The notes beneath the pieces are model-generated. The model ran no database searches and had not been told where the DNA came from. It was given only the letters and a program-made list of their open reading frames with translations. Made by a program: the position numbers and the translations under genes. A DNA stretch of 49,554 bases, from positions 1 through 49,554 of the forward strand of contig CANRPE010000004.1 of the NCBI GenBank assembly GCA_947632405.1, given 5' to 3'. The DNA is from an uncultured Bacilli bacterium (GTDB lineage: Bacteria; Bacillota_I; Bacilli_A; RF39; UBA660). Positions 9,976 through 19,546 of this stretch are shown here, one piece after another (the stretch's first letter is position 1; each line of letters opens with the position of its first letter).

Positions 9976-10413
9976 ATGTATATTGTTGTACGTAAAAAAC
10001 AAAATTTAAAATCTAATATTATAATGACAGAGTTATCTGGAATTTTATTTGGAACTACTAAGAAAGTATATAAAATTAATGATGTAAATATTTCTAATTT
10101 GATTATTTATCATAAAAAATTAGCTTATCAAATTGCTTTAGAACAAGTAAATAAAAAATTTAAAAAATTAATGTTAATTTTACCTGAACTTTTAATTAGT
10201 GATGATGAAGATGGTGAAGCTTTAAGACAAGCATTAAATCATATTGAAAGATTTAGACAAATTATTAAAAATAAATATCGAAAATATTTGAAACAAAAAG
10301 ATTTAGAGACAATGTCTAAACAACTAATGATTCTTCAAAAAGAAGCAGAAACTAGATTTATAGAAATTCAAAATAATAAATATATGACAAATACAAAAGG
10401 TTCATGTAAATAA
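9976..10413 (+). CDS. hypothetical protein (helical, basic)
   Basis: 145-aa ORF with SD AGGTGA, followed by an AT-rich hairpin terminator. It occupies the slot where rplS normally follows trmD but does not resemble L19. Confidence 0.5.
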   Translation: MYIVVRKKQNLKSNIIMTELSGILFGTTKKVYKINDVNISNLIIYHKKLAYQIALEQVNKKFKKLMLILPELLISDDEDGEALRQALNHIERFRQIIKNKYRKYLKQKDLETMSKQLMILQKEAETRFIEIQNNKYMTNTKGSCK

Positions 10414-10425
10414 AATGTAAATTAG

Positions 10426-10462
10426 AAAAATAAATATTTTGTTAATAGATATTTATTTTTTT
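10426..10462 (+). terminator. AT-only hairpin plus T-tract
   Basis: aaaaataaatat (11-nt loop) atatttattttt. Confidence 0.35.
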
Positions 10463-10497
10463 GTATGATATAATTTTAGTAGAAAGGTAGTGAAAAT

Positions 10498-11304
10498 ATG
10501 GATACGGAAAAGAATACTTATAATCAAAAAAAAGGAAAAGGAGTTAATATATTTTTAATATTAATTATTTTAGGTTTAATTATATTTATTTGTTATGATA
10601 AATTATATTTAGATAAAGAATCAGAAGTTCAAAAAGAAGTAAAAGAAACAGAAAAAGATTCAAAAAAGGAAGAAATTTTGGATATATATTCAGATGAAAT
10701 TCAAAAATTATATAATAATATTCATACTAGTAATTGTGATGAAGATACAATAGATTTTTATAGTGATGGGGCAGTTAATTTAGATAATTTTAAAGCCAAT
10801 GCATTTTATATGGCATATGATATATTATTAGATGAAAAGGGTGTTGTCCAAGATAATGGTTACAAAAAATTAGCATCTTTTACGTATGATGAAATTAATG
10901 AAAAAGCTAAATTAATTTTTGGAAAAGATTTTAATGTAGAAGATAAAATCTATGCAATTTGTCCATACCAATATAATTCATCAGCAAAAACATACACATA
11001 TAATGAGCAAGGTGGATGTGGTTGTACATCAGGACCTGATAGGCCAATAATTACTTTATATAAAGCAGTAGCTAAAGATAATGAAATTCATCTATATGAA
11101 TCAGTAGTATATTCTAAATTTAAAGTTGAAAATAATAGTACTGATTATTATAAAGATCCATTATATAATCAAAAAATTAATAATGATGCTTGTAATGAAA
11201 ATTTTTCAAATAAAGGGTGTATTGATAATAGTACTAAGTATGAGTTTATCTTTAAGTTAGAAAAAGAAAATTATATTTTATCTAATATTATTAAAGCAGT
11301 TTAA
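10498..11304 (+). CDS. hypothetical membrane-anchored protein with Cys-containing ectodomain
   Basis: 268 aa with an N-terminal TM helix (VNIFLILIILGLIIFICY) and a polar domain containing GGCGCTSGPDRP. A terminator follows. Confidence 0.55.
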   Translation: MDTEKNTYNQKKGKGVNIFLILIILGLIIFICYDKLYLDKESEVQKEVKETEKDSKKEEILDIYSDEIQKLYNNIHTSNCDEDTIDFYSDGAVNLDNFKANAFYMAYDILLDEKGVVQDNGYKKLASFTYDEINEKAKLIFGKDFNVEDKIYAICPYQYNSSAKTYTYNEQGGCGCTSGPDRPIITLYKAVAKDNEIHLYESVVYSKFKVENNSTDYYKDPLYNQKINNDACNENFSNKGCIDNSTKYEFIFKLEKENYILSNIIKAV

Positions 11305-11312
11305 ATAAAGAA

Positions 11313-11347
11313 AAATCAATTCTTACTATACGAGTTGATTTTTTTTT
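11313..11347 (+). terminator. rho-independent terminator
   Basis: aaatcaattc / gagttgattt stem (one G-U pair) followed by a T-run. Confidence 0.55.
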
Positions 11348-11385
11348 GTTATAATTATTGTTGTAAAGTAGAATAGAGGGATAGA

Positions 11386-13719
11386 ATGAAAAGTTTATCA
11401 AAAGAAGAATTATTGACGTTAAATCAATATTTTAATGCCTTAAATTATTTATCTGTAGCACAGTTATATTTGTTAGATAATCCATTATTAAGAACAAAGT
11501 TAAGTATTAATGATATTAAACCGAATGTTGTTGGTCATTGGGGTACTGCTCCAGGACAAAATTTTATTTATTTACATTTAAATAGGATGATTAAAAAATA
11601 TAATTTAGATATGATTTATATTTCTGGTCCTGGTCATGGTGGTCAAGCAATGGTTGCTAATAACTATTTAGAAGGAGTTTATAGTAAATTTTATCCTAAT
11701 ATAACTGAAGATTTAGAGGGATTAAAAAAATTATGTAAGCAATTTTCTTTTCCTGGAGGTATTTCTTCCCATGTTGCCCCTGAAACTCCTGGTTCAATTC
11801 ATGAAGGTGGAGAATTAGGCTACAGTCTTTCTCATGCAACAGGTGCGGTTTTAGATAATCCAAATTTGATTGCCGCTTGTGTTGTAGGTGATGGGGAAGC
11901 AGAAACAGGACCGCTTGCTACAAGTTGGAATTTTAATAAATTTTTAAATCCAAAGACTGATGGAATTGTTTTGCCAATACTTCATCGTAACGGTTACAAA
12001 ATTGCTAATCCTACTGTTTTTGGAAGAATGTCAAAATTTGAAATTGAACAGTTTTTTTCTGGATTAGGATTTAAACCCTATTTTGTAAGTGGCGATAATC
12101 CTTTGAAAATGCATAATGAAATGGCTAAAACAATGGAAAAAGTTATTAAAAATATTAAATATTTAAAAGATGAAATTACTACAAAATGGCCTATTATTAT
12201 TTTAACAACTCCTAAAGGGTGGACAGGACCTAAACAGTTTGCAGAAAAGCAAATTGAAGGTAGTTTTAGATCTCACCAAGTTCCAGTTGCTATTTCAAAT
12301 GAAAATTTAGATGGTTTAGTTGCCTTAGAAAAATGGTTAAAAAGTTATCATCCAGAAGAATTATTTGATGAAAATGGACGATTAATTAAAAAATTAAGAG
12401 ACTTAAATCCACCATTATCAAAATGCATGGGTGCTAGTAAATATGCAAATGGAGGTTTATTATTAAAAGAATTAAATACTCCAAATTGGGAAGATTATGC
12501 TTTAAATATTAGTACTCCAGGTTCTAAAAATGCTCAAGATACTATGGAACTTGGAAATTATATAAGAGACTTATTTAAGTTAAATAAAAAAGAAAAAAAT
12601 TTCAGAATATTTGGTCCTGATGAGGCTTTATCAAATAGATTTAATCATATTTTTGAAGCAGAATCTAGAACTTGGAATCAAAAGATTTTAAAAAACGATG
12701 AATTTTTATCAAACACGGGTCGTATTATGGATTCATATTTATCTGAGCATTTTTGCGAAGGAATGCTTGAGGGATATTTATTAACTGGTAGATATGGTTT
12801 TATTCACAGTTATGAAGCTTTTGTTCGCATTATTGATTCTATGGCTAGTCAACATGCAAAATGGTTAAAGGTTACTAAGCAAATCCCTTGGCGTGAAGAA
12901 ATTGCCTCTTTAAATTATTTGTTAGTATCTCATGTTTTTCAACAAGATCATAATGGTTATACTCATCAAGATCCTGGTTTTTTAAATCATTTAGTTACTA
13001 AAAAAGCAGATATTGTCAGAATGTATTTACCACCAGATACAAATTGTTTACTATCATGTTTTGATCATTGTATAAAAACAAAAAACCATATAAATGTAAT
13101 TGTCGCTAGTAAACATCCAAGACCACAGTGGTTAACAAAAGAGCAAGCAAAAATTCATTGTCAAAAAGGAATAGGAATATGGGATTTTGCAAGTGATAAA
13201 GAAGAACCAGATTTGGTATTTGCTTGTTGCGGAGAAACGCCTACTTTAGAAGTTTTAGCAGCCGTTGATATTTTAAAAACTTCAATCAAAGATATTCATT
13301 TACGTGTAGTTAATGTAGTTGATTTAATGAGACTTCAAACTAAAGAAGAACATCCTCATGGAATGAGTGATGAAGACTATAATAAGATATTTACTCTTGA
13401 TAAGCCTATTATTTTTAATTTTCACGGTTATCCATCATTAATTCATCAATTAACTTATAAACGTGCTAATAGAAATTTACATGTACATGGTTATAAAGAA
13501 GAAGGAACTATAACAACAGCATTTGATATTCGAGTTCAAAATGAAATTGATCGCTTTCATTTAGTTATTTCAGCTTTAAAAGAAATTCCAAGATATAAAA
13601 CAAATTCTAAAGTTTTAGCTGATTGGTGTTATGATATGTTAAAAAAACATTCAAGTTATATAAAAGAATTTGGTGAAGATATGCCATATATTAAAAATTG
13701 GGTATGGAAAAATCATTAA
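11386..13719 (+). CDS. xfp: xylulose-5-phosphate/fructose-6-phosphate phosphoketolase
   Basis: 777 aa with GHWGTAPGQNFIY, the EGGELGYSLSHA ThDP-binding signature, and collinear phosphoketolase pattern throughout. Confidence 0.95.
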   Translation: MKSLSKEELLTLNQYFNALNYLSVAQLYLLDNPLLRTKLSINDIKPNVVGHWGTAPGQNFIYLHLNRMIKKYNLDMIYISGPGHGGQAMVANNYLEGVYSKFYPNITEDLEGLKKLCKQFSFPGGISSHVAPETPGSIHEGGELGYSLSHATGAVLDNPNLIAACVVGDGEAETGPLATSWNFNKFLNPKTDGIVLPILHRNGYKIANPTVFGRMSKFEIEQFFSGLGFKPYFVSGDNPLKMHNEMAKTMEKVIKNIKYLKDEITTKWPIIILTTPKGWTGPKQFAEKQIEGSFRSHQVPVAISNENLDGLVALEKWLKSYHPEELFDENGRLIKKLRDLNPPLSKCMGASKYANGGLLLKELNTPNWEDYALNISTPGSKNAQDTMELGNYIRDLFKLNKKEKNFRIFGPDEALSNRFNHIFEAESRTWNQKILKNDEFLSNTGRIMDSYLSEHFCEGMLEGYLLTGRYGFIHSYEAFVRIIDSMASQHAKWLKVTKQIPWREEIASLNYLLVSHVFQQDHNGYTHQDPGFLNHLVTKKADIVRMYLPPDTNCLLSCFDHCIKTKNHINVIVASKHPRPQWLTKEQAKIHCQKGIGIWDFASDKEEPDLVFACCGETPTLEVLAAVDILKTSIKDIHLRVVNVVDLMRLQTKEEHPHGMSDEDYNKIFTLDKPIIFNFHGYPSLIHQLTYKRANRNLHVHGYKEEGTITTAFDIRVQNEIDRFHLVISALKEIPRYKTNSKVLADWCYDMLKKHSSYIKEFGEDMPYIKNWVWKNH

Positions 13720-13735
13720 TTTCCATACTTTTTTA
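13702..13735 (+). terminator. rho-independent terminator of phosphoketolase gene
   Basis: gtatggaaa / tttccatac stem followed by TTTTTTA. Confidence 0.65.
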
Positions 13736-13786
13736 TTTTGTCAAAATTCGTGTTTTTTCTACATAAGGATTTGTTATAGTTAAGAT

Positions 13787-14050
13787 GTGAAAGGAGATGA
13801 TATCATACAGATAAAAATAATAGGAGTTAATAGTGTTAAAGGGATAAAACAAAAAAGAATATTAAAACAAGCTTGTGAAGAAATAGAAGAAGAAATTAAA
13901 ATCATTGAATTAAATCCAAAAAATAAATACTATGACATTAAAAATCTTCCTACCTTAATTATTAATAATAATATTGTAAGTGAAGGTAAAATTTTATCAA
14001 TAAAAGAAATAAAAAGTTTACTACTCTCATACCAAATAAACTATATTTAA
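13787..14050 (+). CDS. thioredoxin_3-like small protein lacking the CxxC motif (possibly decayed)
   Basis: The pattern IKIIG...LPTLIINNNIVSEGKILSIKEIKSLL matches small MTH895-type thioredoxin-fold proteins, but the CxxC position reads NSVKG. No ATG start is in frame downstream of the SD AAAGGAG; the only option is a GTG that lies before the SD. Confidence 0.4.
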   Translation: MKGDDIIQIKIIGVNSVKGIKQKRILKQACEEIEEEIKIIELNPKNKYYDIKNLPTLIINNNIVSEGKILSIKEIKSLLLSYQINYI

Positions 14051-14068
14051 TACTATCGTTTAATCTTT

Positions 14069-14095
14069 AAAATCTGACTTATGTCAGATTTTTTA
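14069..14095 (+). terminator. rho-independent terminator
   Basis: aaaatctgac-ttat-gtcagatttt. Confidence 0.65.
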
Positions 14096-14155
14096 ATAGT
14101 TAAGCTAGAATTTTATAATATATTATGTTAAAATATATATAATAGAGGTGAAGAT

Positions 14156-14470
14156 ATGTATATAGATTTAATTTTACTTATTATTTTGATGATAGTTGTA
14201 GTAATGTTTTTTAAACGTTTTTCATCTTTTGTTTTCTTTATTGCTGTATTTGATATTTTCTTTAGAATTTTAACATTTATTAAATTAAATATCCCTTTAG
14301 CAGATGTTGCTGCGGTTATGGATAAATATATTCCTACTGGTATTTTAGGAATTATTGCTAAATATACGGATGGTCTTTTTACAACTGTTTTAGATTGGTG
14401 TTATGTTATCATTATGGCAATATTTTGGTTTTATATTACTAGAATTTTTATATCAAAGAAAAAAATTTAA
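14156..14470 (+). CDS. small integral membrane protein
   Basis: 104 aa, 3 predicted TM helices, SD GAGGTGA, and a clean terminator. Confidence 0.5.
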   Translation: MYIDLILLIILMIVVVMFFKRFSSFVFFIAVFDIFFRILTFIKLNIPLADVAAVMDKYIPTGILGIIAKYTDGLFTTVLDWCYVIIMAIFWFYITRIFISKKKI

Positions 14471-14496
14471 AATTACAGCTTTGTAATTTTTTTTTT
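14469..14496 (+). terminator. rho-independent terminator
   Basis: aaaattaca-gctt-tgtaatttt followed by a T-run. Confidence 0.55.
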
Positions 14497-14623
14497 ATTA
14501 TTTATAAGCATAACTTGCTATTATTTAACATATATGTAATAAGACTTTAAAGAAAAATTATAATATTTTTTAAGCTATAATTGTTATTTGGTGTTATAAT
14601 AACTCTTTGGGAGGAATATTTAC

Positions 14624-17600
14624 ATGAAAAAAATTACGGATTTTATAGTAAAAGGAAGATATTTTTTCTTAGTATTATTTATAATATTATCTGGAATATG
14701 TTTATTTTTATCGACTAAAGTTACTATTAATGAAGATATTATGAAATACTTACCAAAATCATCTGAAACTAAGATAGGAAAAGATCTTATGGATGATGAA
14801 TTTAGAAAACAAGATACTTCAATACTTAATGTAATGTTTAAAAACTTATCTAATTCTGATAAACAAAAAATTCTAGAGAAATTAAAAGATATAAAAGGAG
14901 TAAGTTCAGTTTCTTATGAAAATACGGCTGAATATAATAAAAAAAATTATACACTATATATTTTGAATGTAGATGATTATGATTCTTCTAAAACAGCCAC
15001 TAATGTTTATAACTATGTAAATAATAATTTTAAAACAGCAGGCATGAGTGGTTCCATTTATGATGAAAATAAACCAATTTTGCAATTATGGATTGTTATT
15101 ATAGCAGTTATTTTTGCTATGATAATTTTAATTATTTTAAGTGATTCTTATCTTGAACCATTTCTATATTTAATTTCAATTGGAATTGCTATTTTTATTA
15201 ATAAAGGTACTAATATTATGTTTGATAGTGTTTCATCTATTACTAATTCAATTGTAGCCATTTTACAATTAGCTTTATCTATGGATTATTCAATTATGCT
15301 ATCAAATCGTTATAAACAAGAAAAAGAGGCTAATTCTAATAAAGTTGCAGCAATGAAAGAAGCTTTATACCAATCATTTAAGTCAATCTCAAGTAGTTCT
15401 GTTACTACTATTGTAGGTTTAATTGCCCTTGTATTTATGAGTTTTACAATTGGAAAGGACTTAGGTTTTGTTCTAGCTAAAGGAGTTTTACTTAGTTTAG
15501 CTAGTATATTCTTTTGCTTGCCTGCCTTACTTTTAATCTTTGACAATTTAATCGCAAAAACAAAGAAAAAATCACCTAATTTTAATTTAACTAAATTAGG
15601 CAATATAATTTATAAAACTAGATATTTTCAAACAGTTTTAATTATTATATTATTTATAGCAGCTTATTTATTAAAGGGTAATATAAATATTTTATATACT
15701 AGTTCACAACAAGATAAAGTTGGAGCAATATTTCCAGCAACTAATCAGATAGCTATTGTATACAATAATAAATATGAAAAACTAATGAAAAGCTATTGTC
15801 AAGATTTTGAAAAAGATAAAAAAATTGACCAAGTATTATGTTACTCTAATACAATAAATGAAAAATTAGCTTATGACAAGTTAAATCAAAAATTTAAAGA
15901 TTTAGGTCAAAATGTAGAAATTGAAGATTACTTAATTAAAATTATTTATTATAATTATTATAATAAAAATAAAAGTAATAAAATGACCTTAGATGAATTT
16001 ATTTCATTTATTAAATCAGATATAATGACAAATAATAATTTTAGTAATTCACTTAGTAATGATATACAAACTAATTTAGATTTACTTAAAAATTTTACAT
16101 CTTCTGATTTAATTAATCAAAAACGTTCAATAAAAGATATAGCGAGTATTTTAGGAATGAATGAAATAGATGCTACAGATATTTTAATTTATTATAATAG
16201 TAAGAATTCAAATTTAAGCATGACTATTAAAGATTTTGTCCATTTTATGTTAACAGATGTAGCTAATAATAAAAAATATGCGAGTAGTTTAGATAAGGAA
16301 ACTATTTCTAAATTAAAACAATTAGATAATTTTTCAAATATTAATATAATAAATCAAAAAATGAATTCTAATGAATTATCTGAACTTTTCGGTATAGAAA
16401 AAAATTTAGTTGATAAATTATTTCTTTTTTATGAAACAACACAAGAAAGTAGTACGAAGTTAACTTTAAATGAATTTACTAAATTTGCTTTAGCTATGTC
16501 AAATAAGAGTGATTATAAAGATATGTTTGATGAAACTACTCTTAAATCATTAACTATTTTAAATACATTAAGTAATAAAGATTATATAAATAAAGATTTA
16601 GATAAAAATACTATGAAGAATGTTTTAAATAATTTTGGTTTAGCATTAAATGATGATTATTTAACTCTTATATACCTTTATTACACAGGTTATTATTCTT
16701 CTACTAAATTAACTTTAAGTGATTTTGCTAATTTAACTTTAAATATGGCTAATAATCCATCTCTAGTTAAGTATGTTAGTCTCGATTCTGAAACAATAAA
16801 TACTTTAACATTAATTAAAAATTTAAATGAAAAATATAATACACCTTTATCAAAAGAACAATTATATTTAATTTTTGGAATTAGTTCTGAATTCCAAGAA
16901 CAATTAAATCAAGAAATTACAGAATCAATGACTCCAAAAGAATTTATAGATAAATTATTATCATCAAAAATTCTAGCTAATAATGACCAAACAATTACGT
17001 CTTTAAAATTAGCACAGTATTATTTAAATACAATGGATAAAAAATATGATATCAATGAACTTGCTACTGTTGTAGCAAAAGATAAAGCAACTAATAAAGC
17101 AACTATAAGTTTTATCTATGGTTTTTATGATAATCAAAATGGAAATATTAAAAAAATATCTCTTAAAAACTTAATAAACTTTTTATATAGTAATAAATCT
17201 AATCAATTAATTGCTCAAACTTTAGAAAATTATCAAAATATGTTTACTTTAACTTATAACGTAGTTAATAATGTTGATACAGTTTATAGTTATTTTGAAT
17301 TAGCAAATATTATTAATAAAGATTCAAATCAAATTAATAAGATTTTTAATGTTTATGATTTTTATCATACTACTATAACACTTACACCATTTGAATTAGT
17401 TAATTTAATATTAAATAATATTGATAATTCTCTTTTACAAAATCAATTATCTTCTGATAATATTAATGAATTAAATTTAGTTAAAGAAGTTATGAACTCT
17501 ACAATAAATGAAACTAAATATTCTCCTCAATCACTAAGTATGTTATTAGGTATAAATAAAAATACATTAGAGTTATTATTTAGTTTATATAATTCAAAAT

Positions 17601-18712
17601 ATATTGGAAAAAATAAAGAAATATCTTTATTTAACTATGTTAATTTTATCGTTAAAGAAGTAATGAATAGTAAAGAATATGGTTCTAATTTTGATAGTTA
17701 TCAAAAAGAAAAATTAACAACGATTAATACGATAATGAATACATCACTAAATAAAACTAAACACACTTCAGCAGAAAGTTTTGCATTATTAAGTATTCTA
17801 AGTGAAAATTTAGATAAATCTTTAGTAGATTTAGTTTATATGTACTATGGAAGTAGAAATTGGTATAATGAATCTTGGCAAATGACTATAGAAGAATTTG
17901 TTAATTATTTAAATTCTAATATTATATCTGATAAGCGTTTTGATAATTTTATTAGTAATAATAAACGAAAAATAATTACTAATTCTAAAAAAACTATTAA
18001 TAAATCAAAAAAATTAATTGTTTCAGATAAGTATTCAAGAATAGTATTAAATACTAAATATGATTTTGAAACAGAAGATACTTATAAATTTATAAATTCA
18101 ATTCATAATAAAATAAAAAATAAAGATGATATTTATGTAGTAGGAAATTCTCCAATGGCAGTTGAAATGAGTAAAACATTTGATCAAGAATTAAATAAGA
18201 TTACAATTTTAACAATGATTTTTATATTCATAGTAGTAGCTATTACATTTAAAGATTTAATTATTCCACTTGTTTTAGTATTAATTATTCAAACAGCTGT
18301 ATATATTACTATGAGTGCTATTTCAGTAACAGGTGGTTCTGTATATTTTATAGCTTTATTAATAGTTCAAGCAATTTTAATGGGAGCTACTATTGACTAT
18401 GCTATAGTTTATACTTCTTATTATCGTGAATCACGTTTAACTTTAAATATCAAAGACTCTATTATAAATGCATATAATAGATCAATACATACTATCATTA
18501 GTTCATCTTCTATCTTAATTATTGTTACTTTAGTAGTTGCTAATTTTGCTTCTGCTATTGCTGCAAAAATATGTGAGACTATTTCTCAAGGAACTTTTGC
18601 ATCAGTAATTCTAATTTTATTTATATTACCTGGAGTTCTAGCAACTACAGATAAATTAATTTGTAGAAAACAATACTTAAAAAATCAAAAAAATAAAAAC
18701 AATCAAATATAA
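14624..18712 (+). CDS. MMPL/RND-superfamily transporter with greatly expanded, repeat-containing extracytoplasmic loop
   Basis: Two MMPL-type TM bundles are present: LQLALSMDYSIMLSNRYKQE at about aa 214-233 and ILMGATIDYAIVYTSYYRES at about aa 1251-1270. They are separated by about 800 aa of repeats. Confidence 0.8.
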   Translation: MKKITDFIVKGRYFFLVLFIILSGICLFLSTKVTINEDIMKYLPKSSETKIGKDLMDDEFRKQDTSILNVMFKNLSNSDKQKILEKLKDIKGVSSVSYENTAEYNKKNYTLYILNVDDYDSSKTATNVYNYVNNNFKTAGMSGSIYDENKPILQLWIVIIAVIFAMIILIILSDSYLEPFLYLISIGIAIFINKGTNIMFDSVSSITNSIVAILQLALSMDYSIMLSNRYKQEKEANSNKVAAMKEALYQSFKSISSSSVTTIVGLIALVFMSFTIGKDLGFVLAKGVLLSLASIFFCLPALLLIFDNLIAKTKKKSPNFNLTKLGNIIYKTRYFQTVLIIILFIAAYLLKGNINILYTSSQQDKVGAIFPATNQIAIVYNNKYEKLMKSYCQDFEKDKKIDQVLCYSNTINEKLAYDKLNQKFKDLGQNVEIEDYLIKIIYYNYYNKNKSNKMTLDEFISFIKSDIMTNNNFSNSLSNDIQTNLDLLKNFTSSDLINQKRSIKDIASILGMNEIDATDILIYYNSKNSNLSMTIKDFVHFMLTDVANNKKYASSLDKETISKLKQLDNFSNINIINQKMNSNELSELFGIEKNLVDKLFLFYETTQESSTKLTLNEFTKFALAMSNKSDYKDMFDETTLKSLTILNTLSNKDYINKDLDKNTMKNVLNNFGLALNDDYLTLIYLYYTGYYSSTKLTLSDFANLTLNMANNPSLVKYVSLDSETINTLTLIKNLNEKYNTPLSKEQLYLIFGISSEFQEQLNQEITESMTPKEFIDKLLSSKILANNDQTITSLKLAQYYLNTMDKKYDINELATVVAKDKATNKATISFIYGFYDNQNGNIKKISLKNLINFLYSNKSNQLIAQTLENYQNMFTLTYNVVNNVDTVYSYFELANIINKDSNQINKIFNVYDFYHTTITLTPFELVNLILNNIDNSLLQNQLSSDNINELNLVKEVMNSTINETKYSPQSLSMLLGINKNTLELLFSLYNSKYIGKNKEISLFNYVNFIVKEVMNSKEYGSNFDSYQKEKLTTINTIMNTSLNKTKHTSAESFALLSILSENLDKSLVDLVYMYYGSRNWYNESWQMTIEEFVNYLNSNIISDKRFDNFISNNKRKIITNSKKTINKSKKLIVSDKYSRIVLNTKYDFETEDTYKFINSIHNKIKNKDDIYVVGNSPMAVEMSKTFDQELNKITILTMIFIFIVVAITFKDLIIPLVLVLIIQTAVYITMSAISVTGGSVYFIALLIVQAILMGATIDYAIVYTSYYRESRLTLNIKDSIINAYNRSIHTIISSSSILIIVTLVVANFASAIAAKICETISQGTFASVILILFILPGVLATTDKLICRKQYLKNQKNKNNQI
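15911..17998 (+). repeat. nine tandem ~73-87-aa protein repeats inside the MMPL gene
   Basis: The anchor motif [ML]T[LIP]x[ED]F recurs at aa 454, 533, 613, 696, 769, 846, 919, 1000 and 1087 (MTLDEF, MTIKDF, LTLNEF, LTLSDF, MTPKEF, ISLKNL, LTPFEL, ISLFNY, MTIEEF). Flanks are conserved and Y/F-rich. Confidence 0.75.
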
Positions 18713-18734
18713 AACGACAAATAAGTCGTTTTTA
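18711..18734 (+). terminator. rho-independent terminator of MMPL gene
   Basis: aaaacgac-aaataa-gtcgtttt. Confidence 0.55.
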
Positions 18735-18763
18735 TTGTGCTAAAATCTAAAGTGGTGATGGGA

Positions 18764-19546
18764 ATGAAAATCTATGTAGATTTAGTATTTTTAATTAATT
18801 TCTTTTTTGATTTTATATTACTTACAGCTACTAAATATATTCTAAAAGAACGAGTAAAAGTATATAAATTAATATTAGGTAGTTTTATTGGAGGACTTAG
18901 TATATTCTTTCTTTTTTTTAAAATGAATTCAATAGAATTATTTATCTTAAAAATATTAATCAGTATTTTAATGATTTTAGTTAGTTTTGGAAGAAATAAT
19001 TTTTTAAAAAATTATATATATTTTTATATAATTAGTATTTTTTTAGGTGGAAGTATGTATTTTATTAATTATACTTTTTCTTCTAAGCATCAAGGCTTAA
19101 TCTTTTTTTCAAAAGGACTATCAATTAATTTAATAGTAATGATTATTCTTTCACCTATTATTACTTATTATTATGTAAAAGAATATAAACATTATAAAAC
19201 TACTATTAGTAATTGTCATAATGTTGACTTATATATTAAAAATAAAAAATATTGTTTAAAAGGATATTTAGATACAGGTAATACATTAACAGATCCATAT
19301 AAAAATAGAGCTATTATTTTACTTAATACTAATAAAATTATTTTAGACAAAAAGAAGCATAAAATAATTTATGTACCATATCAGACAATAACTAATTATG
19401 GAGTTATTCCATGTTATCAAGTAGATAGAATTATTATTGATCAAAAAGAATTTAAAAATATATTAATAGGAGATACTAAAAATTATTTTAAATTAGAAAA
19501 TGCAGATTGTATTTTACCAAATCAAATAAAGGAGAAATTAAAATGA
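18764..19546 (+). CDS. spoIIGA: sigma-E processing peptidase SpoIIGA
   Basis: N-terminus MKIYVDLVFLINFFFDF, five TM helices, and the aspartic protease motif GYLDTGN. Its stop overlaps the sigE start (ATGA). The track ORF starts at GTG 18737. Confidence 0.9.
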   Translation: MKIYVDLVFLINFFFDFILLTATKYILKERVKVYKLILGSFIGGLSIFFLFFKMNSIELFILKILISILMILVSFGRNNFLKNYIYFYIISIFLGGSMYFINYTFSSKHQGLIFFSKGLSINLIVMIILSPIITYYYVKEYKHYKTTISNCHNVDLYIKNKKYCLKGYLDTGNTLTDPYKNRAIILLNTNKIILDKKKHKIIYVPYQTITNYGVIPCYQVDRIIIDQKEFKNILIGDTKNYFKLENADCILPNQIKEKLK

